64,000 bases of DNA, taken from NCBI GenBank assembly GCA_944381365.1, contig CALWKW010000001.1, positions 279,100-343,099 on the forward strand, read 5' to 3'. The stretch comes from an uncultured Christensenellaceae bacterium (GTDB taxonomy: Bacteria; Bacillota; Clostridia; Christensenellales; UBA3700). A program made the translations under genes and the position numbers. This document shows, one piece after another, positions 48,360-56,864 of this stretch (position 1 is its first letter; the number at the start of each line of letters is the position of its first letter). Under the pieces are notes generated by a model. The model was given only the letters and a program-made list of their open reading frames with translations. It did no database searches and was not told the origin of the DNA.

Positions 48360-48549
48360 TTAAAATTTATCTACCGCTTATTTATCACCTAACAATTTGC
48401 ATCTTACTGCTATCTACATATTTTTACATTGCTTCTATTTCCAAAACCTCAATAGACATGAACAACGCCAATTTTATTTTCATATTATGATTAGATTTGA
48501 TAATTTGAGCTAAAACGCAAACACTATTTCAAAGAATCAGGAGGCATAT

Positions 48550-49593
48550 ATGAATATAGCTTTGACAGGCGGAGGTACCGCAGGACATGTAATGCCAAAC
48601 ATGGCACTACTTAAAGAATTGAGAAAAAAATTCGATAAAATCATATATATCGGCAATCAAGATAAGATAGAATACGATATCTGCAAAAAATATGATGTGC
48701 AATTTTTCCATTGTGACAGCATAAAATTTGACAGAACAAAAGTTTTATCCAATATAGCTATTCCTTTCAAACTCCCCTCATATATCAACCAAGCAAAAGA
48801 GCTGTTAAAACAAAACAATATTGATATTGTATTTTCAAAAGGCGGTTATGTCGCTCTGCCTGTAGTGTACGCAGCCAAAAAATTGAATATCCCCACTATA
48901 TGTCATGAGAGCGACTACACAATGGGACTAGCCAACAAATTGACTTCAAAATTCGCCAAAGGCATTATCACATGCTTTGAAAACACTTCCGATAAAAAAA
49001 ATGTAAAAGTTTTTCCCAATCCTATAAGAGACTCGTTTTTTAAAGGCAATGCTCAAAATGTCTTCGATAAACTTCCCCTCAATCACACCCAGCCTATTTT
49101 ACTCGTGGTCGGCGGCTCAATGGGAGCAAAAAGCATAAATGAAATTATATATAATTCGCTCGATACTCTTACCATAAGATATCAAATTATTCATATTTGC
49201 GGAAATACCCCAAAAGATATAAAACATAAAAATTATTATCAGCTCAAATTTGCCGACAATATACAGGATTATCTTATGGCAAGTGACTTAATTATATCGA
49301 GATGCGGTGCAGGTGCATCCACAGAAATAAACGCACTAAACAAAAAAGCACTCTATATCCCCTTGCAAAACAAAGCTTCTAGAGGCGACCAAGTACTAAA
49401 CGCAAAATTTCAAGAAGAAAACGGCTACGCTCTTACTCTTACAGAAGACAAACTCAACAAAGAAAATCTTGTCAAAATGCTTGAAAAACTCATGTCCTTT
49501 GACAAAAAGCCTTATCACTACGACAAAGACAACAACTTGCGTATAGTAGATTATATCTACAAAACTGCACAAGAATTTTCTCATTCCCACTAA
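48550..49593 (+). CDS. murG: Undecaprenyldiphospho-muramoylpentapeptide beta-N-acetylglucosaminyltransferase
   Basis: 347 aa with N-terminal LTGGGTAGHVMP (the MurG G-loop) and a GT28 C-terminal domain (VVGGSMGAKSIN). AGGAGG SD. Confidence 0.85.
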   Translation: MNIALTGGGTAGHVMPNMALLKELRKKFDKIIYIGNQDKIEYDICKKYDVQFFHCDSIKFDRTKVLSNIAIPFKLPSYINQAKELLKQNNIDIVFSKGGYVALPVVYAAKKLNIPTICHESDYTMGLANKLTSKFAKGIITCFENTSDKKNVKVFPNPIRDSFFKGNAQNVFDKLPLNHTQPILLVVGGSMGAKSINEIIYNSLDTLTIRYQIIHICGNTPKDIKHKNYYQLKFADNIQDYLMASDLIISRCGAGASTEINALNKKALYIPLQNKASRGDQVLNAKFQEENGYALTLTEDKLNKENLVKMLEKLMSFDKKPYHYDKDNNLRIVDYIYKTAQEFSHSH

Positions 49594-49619
49594 TTACTAA
49601 AATAATCTACATCCACTAA

Positions 49620-49658
49620 ATCTCATAGACATTTTGAATCTTTTATTGTCTATGAGAT
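49620..49658 (+). terminator. Probable murG terminator hairpin
   Basis: A 12-bp stem ATCTCATAGACA/TGTCTATGAGAT with a 15-nt loop, followed by ATTTTAT. Confidence 0.55.
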
Positions 49659-49785
49659 ATTTTATAAGTATTGATTCAAAATTGCTATCAACTTTATATC
49701 AGACTAAGCCATATCAAAACGAAAAAACAAATATTTTTCTATAAAACATGATACAAACCATTTATTCAGAATCAACTGCTATATT

Positions 49786-49800
49786 TTGAACATTGTTCAA
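49786..49800. promoter_or_regulatory. Palindrome copy 3: TTGAACATTGTTCAA
   Basis: A perfect 15-bp inverted repeat (17 bp with flanking T/A) in the 567-bp convergent intergenic region. Confidence 0.4.
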
Positions 49801-50068
49801 ATTATGATATTTTATAGATCATTAAAAAATTGTAGATTTTTTTATTACATCGCAATATTTAACTAAGTATGTTTGGATTTTTGTAATACATAACCCATAA
49901 TGCACTTTTATGTAAAATAACTAAAAAGATATATCTCAACAATTCACGCTCTTATAATCCAAAGACCTTTAATTCAAGATTATCCGTTATCACAATTTCA
50001 CATCTATTTATCAAATAATCGACATATATCCTAATAATTTATCACTATATTTATCTTTAATAATAAAA

Positions 50069-50105
50069 ATATACACAATTTGAACATTGTTCAAATTGTG
50101 TATAT
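50069..50105. repeat. 37-nt perfect palindrome containing palindrome copy 4 (core 50080-50094)
   Basis: ATATACACAATTTGAACATTGTTCAAATTGTGTATAT is self-complementary about T50087. It is followed on the minus strand by TTTTATTATT, so it may double as the terminator of the PAP2-ligase operon. Confidence 0.6.
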
Positions 50106-50160
50106 AATGTGCGTATATACCTATAAATCAGACTTAATTTATATATTTATAGCTTTAGCA

Positions 50161-51795
50161 TCAATTATTATCAGCCTTTTCGCTTTCTTCCTGAAGTTTT
50201 TTAAAGTCCACCTTTCCTATTTGCGTAAGAGGAAGACTATCTACCACTTCGACCAATCTGGGCACACTGTATTTGAGCAAATGCTTTGCTATATAATCTT
50301 TCAGCCCTTTTATATATTTCTCGTCAGCAACTATGCCGTCTTTTGTCATAAGATAAAGCTTTAATTCCGTTCGACCGTCTTTATTGACAGAAATAACACA
50401 GCTTTTATATACCCCATCATATTTATTGACATAATCTTCAATTTCCTGAGGAAAGACATTCATACCGCTTATTTTGACCATTCTTTTTAATCTGTCAATA
50501 AAATATACATATCCGTCTTCATCGATATATCCTATATCGCCCGTCTTGAGCCACTTTTCGCCTTTTTTATCGACAAAGATAGTCTCCTTGGTCAACTCCT
50601 CGTCATCATAATATCCGCTCATCATGCTGTTTGTAGCAATTACAATCATACCTTTTTGATTATGAGACAAGAAGTTATTATTTTCGTCTATTATGGCAAA
50701 TTTATTGTTTTTTATAGGCTTTCCCAAAGTACCTTCTTTGTGTATATCCATAGTATTTACACAGCATATACCGCCCTCAGTAAGTCCGTATCCCGCACAA
50801 AGCTTTATAGGATTACCGCTTTTTGCCATAGCTTCTTCAAATCTTGTTTTTATCGCATCAGACAGTTTATCTCCGCCGCAATAACAATTCTTTAGCTTCT
50901 TAAGGTATTCGCCTTTAAATTTGCCCGAAGAGACCATTTTTGCATACATATTGGGTACGCCTGCAATATATGTCACATTTCGCTTTTTTACGAGCCTACA
51001 AGCCCCTTTAGGATTGAATTTAGGCATCATTACAGCTTGTCCGCCACCGGAAATTACAGTATGCATACATATACCCAATCCGAAATTGTGGAAAATCGGC
51101 AATACCATAAGCATACCGTCTTTATCATCTACGCCGCCGCCTATCAAATCGATAGCATTATCCGCCAAATGATTGAAAGAATCATTGTTGAGCATTACGG
51201 TCTTTGATTTTCCGGTAGTTCCACCACTATGCATATATATAGCTATATCTTCGCCTTTTATGTCCACTTTAAGCGGTTTGAAACCAATCAAAGTATCCTT
51301 AAATCTTACGACTCTATCGTCATACTTAAGCTTTTTCTTGAATTTTTTAGAATAAATGTTATAAGGTAATTTATAAAGCTTGGGCAAATAGTCGCTTACC
51401 GAACACAATATGACAGGTTTTTCACTTTGCTTAAGCCATTCATATTTATTATAAAATTCATCAAAAAGAATAAAAGCCTTGCTATTCATTCTCTCGGAAA
51501 TTTCTTTAAGAGATTGACTAGGGATCAATGGATGCACAATATTCGCTATTGCTCCTGTATTGTTTATCGCATAAAAGCTGACAATAGCATCAGGCAAATT
51601 ACCAAGGCACAATATCACATTATCGCCTTTTCCTATGCCTACGCTTTGCAAAAAGCCCGTAAGGCTGTTGACATTATCTATAAACTCTCCGATACCTATC
51701 GAAGCACCAAAAAAATTCCAAACTCTGTTGGTACGAGGAAGTCTTTTTGTCTCGTCTACCACATAGCTGAACATTGATTTATCAAATTTTGTCAT
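50161..51795 (-). CDS. Acyl-CoA/acyl-AMP ligase (AMP-binding, long-chain fatty-acid-CoA-ligase-like)
   Basis: AMP-binding motif MHSGGTTGKSKTV, plus GYGLTE and a GDIGYIDEDGYVYFIDRLK core. Start set at the ATG at 51795, which gives TGAAATG coupling to the PAP2 stop. Confidence 0.85.
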   Translation of the reverse strand: MTKFDKSMFSYVVDETKRLPRTNRVWNFFGASIGIGEFIDNVNSLTGFLQSVGIGKGDNVILCLGNLPDAIVSFYAINNTGAIANIVHPLIPSQSLKEISERMNSKAFILFDEFYNKYEWLKQSEKPVILCSVSDYLPKLYKLPYNIYSKKFKKKLKYDDRVVRFKDTLIGFKPLKVDIKGEDIAIYMHSGGTTGKSKTVMLNNDSFNHLADNAIDLIGGGVDDKDGMLMVLPIFHNFGLGICMHTVISGGGQAVMMPKFNPKGACRLVKKRNVTYIAGVPNMYAKMVSSGKFKGEYLKKLKNCYCGGDKLSDAIKTRFEEAMAKSGNPIKLCAGYGLTEGGICCVNTMDIHKEGTLGKPIKNNKFAIIDENNNFLSHNQKGMIVIATNSMMSGYYDDEELTKETIFVDKKGEKWLKTGDIGYIDEDGYVYFIDRLKRMVKISGMNVFPQEIEDYVNKYDGVYKSCVISVNKDGRTELKLYLMTKDGIVADEKYIKGLKDYIAKHLLKYSVPRLVEVVDSLPLTQIGKVDFKKLQEESEKADNN

Positions 51796-51796
51796 T

Positions 51797-52783
51797 TCAC
51801 TCCATTTTTGCCAAAGCTTCGTCCGCCACAGCAAAATTAGTACTTTTTCTGAAGAATAAATATTTAAGAACTCTAAAGATGATATATGATATTCCGGCTC
51901 CTGCGATTACATCGGACATAAAGTGTGCATCATCGCATATTCTTGACAAACAAGACAATACGACAAACAAGAAGCATCCTGTATATATCACATATTTGAG
52001 CCATTTCTTTTCTTTCCATTTTGGCAAACATTCATACATTACACACAACAAAAAGATATGTGCGGCAGAACTCGAATGACCGGAAGGAAAAGATGTATAT
52101 TCATAATCGGGATTTAGCTCGATTTTTGTAGCGTCAGGCATATACCAAGGCGTAAAATAGCTAAAGCCGTCATTTCCCAAAGCATTTTCTTTGAGCATAT
52201 CTCTAAATCTCATTCTGTGCCAAAGCATTTTCATGCCTTGATTTATCAAAAGAGCCACCAAAAGATATACTACTGCAAAAACAGCAAACTTAAATAGCAA
52301 ATATCTTGTCTTTTTGGGTATAAATCGTCCGAGCAAAATGCTGACAATCGCACAAATTACCGCCACAATACCCATGACTACCGCAAATACTATTCCGTCA
52401 AAGCCCACTTCTTGAAGCATGTCCATTGCTTCGCTTTTAAAACAAAGAATTACCCATCCTCCGATAGTCAAAACCACCATACCTATTTTGTACAAAATTC
52501 TGTATTTTTGAGGGATAAGGTCTGCACAATAAAATAGCATAGGTCCGAAAACAGGCAAAATAAAATACGCAGGATATTCCGCAACAATAGAGAAAAAAGT
52601 GGCAAAAGCGGTTTTTACCCAATTCCCGTTGTACGATTTTGACAATGCCTTATTTATGATCAAATCAAAATATTCGCCATTTTTATTTTTAAAAGCTAGA
52701 AGAATCAAAACCCCGACAAGTAAAACAGCCAATACAGAATGTATAGTTATGGATATGATTTTATCTCTTTTTTGCTCGGTCAT
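51797..52783 (-). CDS. PAP2-family membrane phosphatase
   Basis: 328 aa polytopic protein with the PAP2 motifs PSGHSS and SRICDDAHFMSD. Confidence 0.8.
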   Translation of the reverse strand: MTEQKRDKIISITIHSVLAVLLVGVLILLAFKNKNGEYFDLIINKALSKSYNGNWVKTAFATFFSIVAEYPAYFILPVFGPMLFYCADLIPQKYRILYKIGMVVLTIGGWVILCFKSEAMDMLQEVGFDGIVFAVVMGIVAVICAIVSILLGRFIPKKTRYLLFKFAVFAVVYLLVALLINQGMKMLWHRMRFRDMLKENALGNDGFSYFTPWYMPDATKIELNPDYEYTSFPSGHSSSAAHIFLLCVMYECLPKWKEKKWLKYVIYTGCFLFVVLSCLSRICDDAHFMSDVIAGAGISYIIFRVLKYLFFRKSTNFAVADEALAKME

Positions 52784-52946
52784 AACAAAACCCCTAAAAA
52801 ACTCTTTATAATATTGTACAATATTTACTATACTTTTGCAATATACTTTTTGTATAAATTATATTAAAAAGAAGATAACCTTGTAGAAAAATGAAAAAAT
52901 AACAGCTAAAATGTAAAAATTTAATTATATCTATTGTTTATTAATT

Positions 52947-52972
52947 AACAAAGGGAGCTCTTGCTCCCTTTG
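52947..52972. terminator. Hairpin terminator downstream of the lipoprotein gene
   Basis: ACAAAGGGAGC-tctt-GCTCCCTTTGT. The T-run lies on the plus side and the AT-rich tail on the minus side. Confidence 0.55.
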
Positions 52973-52983
52973 TTTTTTTATAA

Positions 52984-54009
52984 TTAATAATTTTCTATAC
53001 TCAACAATTTTTCCACGCTCTTGGAGCCGTAAGGCTTGAGATAAACAGAGCTTGTATCGTAAAATCCATTTATATTGTCAGCAAGATTGTATCCCGCTTC
53101 TCCTCTGTCATAAGAAAATTGAACTTCACTCTTAAGAGTAACATTTCCATTCAAAAGTCCGCCAGACAATTTCATATTGTATGATTCAGTAATATGAATA
53201 TTTCTTATCATACCGTTTTTCCAAAGCACCACTCTCAATCTCAACTGCAAAAACTCAAGATTGTTTACCGTCATTCCGGCATTTTCACTAAGCTGGGCCT
53301 TCATGGTGTTGATATAGCTCTTTGTGGCTTTTACAGGATCCAACAGCAAAACAAATCTGCATGTACCCGTCTTTTCGTCATATATAGGCTCAGAACTCTC
53401 CTGAACATTTTCCTCAGCGGTATCATACATCCACAAAAGTGTAGGATTGTTGTATTTCTTTTGAGTAAAATCATCGAGATTTTCAAAGCTTGACTGCACC
53501 TCATTCCATGACTTTACATTTATAGAATTTTCCTTTCTCAAATAACTTGTATTTGCGTTTCTATACAATATCTGATCGGGATATACAACCATTTTTTCAT
53601 AAAGATGTGCCAATGAAGAATAAGAAATACTATCTGCAAAATATGTAGCCCCGTAAAGATTCTGACCGCTGGCATCGCCTTTTCCGTCTCTTACTTTGGC
53701 TACATCAACAACCTGACTCTTTTTTACCACACCCATAGAAGTCAAGGCTGTACCGTATTGCTGAGAAATCACAAAATCTGCATTATAATAATTTTTGATT
53801 GCAGTATCAAACATCTCATAAGCCGTCATATCTTCATTAATACTTACGGCATTTACATTTTCAGGCATATTCTTGCCTATATTCATATCTATAATGTCAA
53901 AATCTTCAGTACCTACTTTCTGTATACTCTGTTTGCATCCTGTCATAGCAGTAATCAAACCCGTAAAAATCATAGCAATAGCAATCATTGCGACAAAAAA
54001 CTTTTTCAT
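52984..54009 (-). CDS. Lipoprotein of unknown function (paralogue A)
   Basis: Signal peptide plus lipobox (LITAMTGC). Clearly homologous along its full length to the 54428-55414 product. Confidence 0.75.
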   Translation of the reverse strand: MKKFFVAMIAIAMIFTGLITAMTGCKQSIQKVGTEDFDIIDMNIGKNMPENVNAVSINEDMTAYEMFDTAIKNYYNADFVISQQYGTALTSMGVVKKSQVVDVAKVRDGKGDASGQNLYGATYFADSISYSSLAHLYEKMVVYPDQILYRNANTSYLRKENSINVKSWNEVQSSFENLDDFTQKKYNNPTLLWMYDTAEENVQESSEPIYDEKTGTCRFVLLLDPVKATKSYINTMKAQLSENAGMTVNNLEFLQLRLRVVLWKNGMIRNIHITESYNMKLSGGLLNGNVTLKSEVQFSYDRGEAGYNLADNINGFYDTSSVYLKPYGSKSVEKLLSIENY

Positions 54010-54363
54010 AGTTTTCTCCGATTATTATTTATTTTGATTTTCACTCCACACTTATTGCAGTTTTTCCACTTTTATAAACTTTTTTCTTAAAACATCAAAT
54101 GTAATATCTATGTAAAATTCTAATTAATTGTACTATATTATTTTTCCAATTACAATAGTTTTTTTGATAAAATTTGACAAAATTAAAAAAAGTCGATTTT
54201 TTCTTTAACACTATTTTAAGAAATATTACAAAACAAGCAAATTTCTTTACATTCTTTACAATAATATGAAATTTTGTTTTATATTTACAAAACTATCAGA
54301 TAGCTTAATTTAAATAATTTTATCTCAAACTTTATATCAAAATTTCAAATCATATACCATATC

Positions 54364-54402
54364 ACAAAAAAAATAGAAGAGAAGGAAAACTCCTTCTCTT
54401 CT
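54364..54402 (-). terminator. Intrinsic terminator of lipoprotein paralogue B
   Basis: A 12-bp stem AGAAGAGAAGGA/TCCTTCTCTTCT followed on the minus strand by a T-run of about 8 nt. Confidence 0.85.
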
Positions 54403-54427
54403 TACAATTCCATTATAGTTTTTATTG

Positions 54428-55414
54428 TTATGCTTCGTAAGGCTTTGTATAAGTCTTGTCATCGCTCGTGATCGATGCGATATTCTCGTCAATATCATAG
54501 CCTGCTTCATTTTTATCAAATGAATATTGTACATAAGATTGCAATGTGATTGTACTATCAATGATACCAGCTATCTTCATCTTGTAAGACTCTGTGATAT
54601 GCATATTTCTGATCATACCGTTTTCCCAAAGAACAACTCTCAATCTCAACTGCTTGAATTCGATACCGCTTACTGACATACCAGCGTTTGCTTCGAGCTG
54701 TTGTTTCATTGTGCCCTTGTAGTTTTCTGTGGACTTGATAGGATCGAAGATAATAGCAAATCTGTATGTACCTGTAGCTTTGTCATATACAGGAGTAGAA
54801 GCTTCGAGAATATACTGTTCCTGCAAGTCATACATCCACAAGATAGTAGGATTGTTTGCCTTCTTCTTTGTAAAGTCAGCTACATCGCTGAAGTTTGTAT
54901 CAATAGCATTCCAATACTTGATTTCAAAAGCATCTTTTCTCTTACTGTAAGATGTCTTAGCGTTTCTGTATTGAATTTCATCGGGAGTGATAACAATCTT
55001 CTCATACAAGCTAGCTACGCTTGAATAAGAAATGCTGTCAGCAAAATATTTTGCTCCGTTTGCGTTGTTGCCATTTATATCGCCCTTACCTGATCTGATT
55101 TTTGCAGCGTCAACTACCTGAGTTATCGGAATACCCAAAACTGAAGTAAGAACAGTACCAAGCAACTGAGAAGCAGCATAATCTACATCATAATAGTTCT
55201 TTACAGAAGCATCGAGCATTTGGAAAGCTGTCATGTCTGCACTCAAAGGATTTGCTACCTCAACATCGGGCATTGTCTTACCGATATTCATTTCGGCAAT
55301 TTCAAAGTCCTCAACGCCAATTTCTTCCAAGCCGTCATCACAAGCAGCAAATGCCATGAGAGACATGGAAAGAACCATAACTATAACTAAAATTGAAATC
55401 AAACTTTTTTTCAT
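54428..55414 (-). CDS. Lipoprotein of unknown function (paralogue B)
   Basis: Signal peptide plus lipobox (LMAFAAC). It shares blocks with paralogue A, such as YFADSISYSS, NPT(L/I)LWMYD, QLRLRVVLW(K/E)NGMIRN(I/M)HITESY. Confidence 0.75.
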   Translation of the reverse strand: MKKSLISILVIVMVLSMSLMAFAACDDGLEEIGVEDFEIAEMNIGKTMPDVEVANPLSADMTAFQMLDASVKNYYDVDYAASQLLGTVLTSVLGIPITQVVDAAKIRSGKGDINGNNANGAKYFADSISYSSVASLYEKIVITPDEIQYRNAKTSYSKRKDAFEIKYWNAIDTNFSDVADFTKKKANNPTILWMYDLQEQYILEASTPVYDKATGTYRFAIIFDPIKSTENYKGTMKQQLEANAGMSVSGIEFKQLRLRVVLWENGMIRNMHITESYKMKIAGIIDSTITLQSYVQYSFDKNEAGYDIDENIASITSDDKTYTKPYEA

Positions 55415-55694
55415 AGTTTTCTCCTCGTATAGGTTTTTTACTATAACTATAATATCCTAATTTTTTATATATGGCAAGTAAAATATACAAATTTTTTAAT
55501 TTTGGTTTGCATAGTTTTTACATAAAACCCTTATTGATGTACTATATAAGTATAAGCAAATTGAATAATATAAAAATTTTGCGACATCATTTATATGGTT
55601 TTGTATATTCATATTATATAAATGTCTAAATTAAAATAAAATTAAACAATTTGAATAATTTTAAAAACCAAGTGTTAAGTACTTTATAAAGCTA

Positions 55695-55723
55695 TTGACA
55701 ATTGACTTTTTTGACTATATAAT
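55695..55723 (+). promoter_or_regulatory. Consensus sigma-A promoter of degV (TTGACA-17-TATAAT)
   Basis: Both hexamers are perfect with 17-nt spacing, 52 nt upstream of the ATG. Confidence 0.6.
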
Positions 55724-55774
55724 TAACTTGTTTATTGTTAAATAATATAAATAAAATAGAAGGACGGAATAATT

Positions 55775-56680
55775 ATGAAAATAATGATTACAGCTGAGGC
55801 TACGAGCGATCTTCCCGAGAGCCTTATTACCGAAAACATCACAATTTTCCCTATGGCCTATACTGTCAAAGGAGAAGCTTATGACGGAAAAGAAACAAAA
55901 TTGTCGCCAAAGGAATTTTATGATATTTGCCGCACGGCAAAGACAAAAGAAGACCTTCCTCAAACCACAATGATTACTGCATATCAGGCTGAAGAATATT
56001 TCAGACCTATTCTTAAAAACGGTTATGACATCATTCATATCGGCTTTACTAAAGCTTTGAGCGGTACCTATGACCAAATGTGTATGGCGGCAGAAACCAT
56101 GAGAAAGGAGTTCCCCGACAGGAAAATCACTATTATCGAATCTTATGCAGCATCATTTGTACAAGGCTTGCTTGTATATTATGTAGATCAAAAACTAAAA
56201 GAAGGAGCAAGCTATGAAGAGCTCGTAGACTACGCAAATGAGATAAAGCATCATTGCGGCGGTTATTTCACAATAGACGATATGAAACATCTTTATCGTA
56301 CCGGCAGAGCCACAAAGACACAGGCTTTTCTCGGCAATGCCCTTCAAATCAAGCCTATACTCTATCTCAACAAATTCGGAAAGCTTATCCCTATAAGCAA
56401 ACAGATTTCTCACAAAAAAGCTATCAAAACAATGCTTGAATATTATGACAAACAGGCTTTGCCTGCTGACCAGCAAAAACTCGTAGGTATCGTACATGCC
56501 GATGCCACAGACGATGCTCTCATGATAGAGAAGTATCTCAAAGAAAAATACGGCCTTAAAAACACTATGCTTGTAGATGTAGGACCTGTAATCGGCTCTC
56601 ATGTAGGAGCAGGAATGGTAGCATTCGTAGCACTCTTAAAAGAAAAAGCAGAGCCAAACGACAAATCATTGCAAGAATAA
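55775..56680 (+). CDS. DegV-family fatty-acid-binding protein (FakB-like)
   Basis: 301 aa, MKIMITAEATSDLP...PQTTMITAYQ...ALSGTY...; typical DegV layout. Confidence 0.88.
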   Translation: MKIMITAEATSDLPESLITENITIFPMAYTVKGEAYDGKETKLSPKEFYDICRTAKTKEDLPQTTMITAYQAEEYFRPILKNGYDIIHIGFTKALSGTYDQMCMAAETMRKEFPDRKITIIESYAASFVQGLLVYYVDQKLKEGASYEELVDYANEIKHHCGGYFTIDDMKHLYRTGRATKTQAFLGNALQIKPILYLNKFGKLIPISKQISHKKAIKTMLEYYDKQALPADQQKLVGIVHADATDDALMIEKYLKEKYGLKNTMLVDVGPVIGSHVGAGMVAFVALLKEKAEPNDKSLQE

Positions 56681-56686
56681 TTTAAA

Positions 56687-56715
56687 AAAGCTCACTTTTG
56701 TGAGCTTTGTTTATT
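56687..56715 (+). terminator. Intrinsic terminator of degV
   Basis: AAAGCTCAC-tttt-GTGAGCTTT followed by GTTTATT. Confidence 0.7.
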
Positions 56716-56796
56716 ACCCGATTAATAAACAATTACATCTTTAAATTGTTATAAAAAATATATTAATAAAATTTGATAATCAATCAAAAATGCTAC

Positions 56797-56827
56797 AAAA
56801 AAATGCCGTATTATCACGGCATTTTTT
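56797..56827 (-). terminator. Intrinsic terminator of the tyrS-yigZ-ilvE operon
   Basis: AAATGCCGT-attatc-ACGGCATTT with flanking A- and T-runs. Confidence 0.85.
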
Positions 56828-56864
56828 ATTCACATTATTAATTGTTTTAACATAACTTGTAAGA

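Noticed and set aside
48143-50094. Reading the TTGAACAnTGTTCAA palindromes around murG as LexA/SOS boxes.
   Set aside because: Their spacing is GAAC-N3-GTTC. Firmicutes LexA boxes require GAAC-N4-GTTC, and only the site at 42074-42087 has that spacing.
50080-50364. A 94-aa plus-strand ORF starting inside the 37-nt palindrome.
   Set aside because: It has no SD and a hydrophobic low-complexity translation, and most of it is antisense to the 3' end of the ligase gene.
55715-56077. A 120-aa minus-strand ORF overlapping the degV start.
   Set aside because: It is antisense to a well-supported DegV gene and its consensus promoter, and it has no SD.
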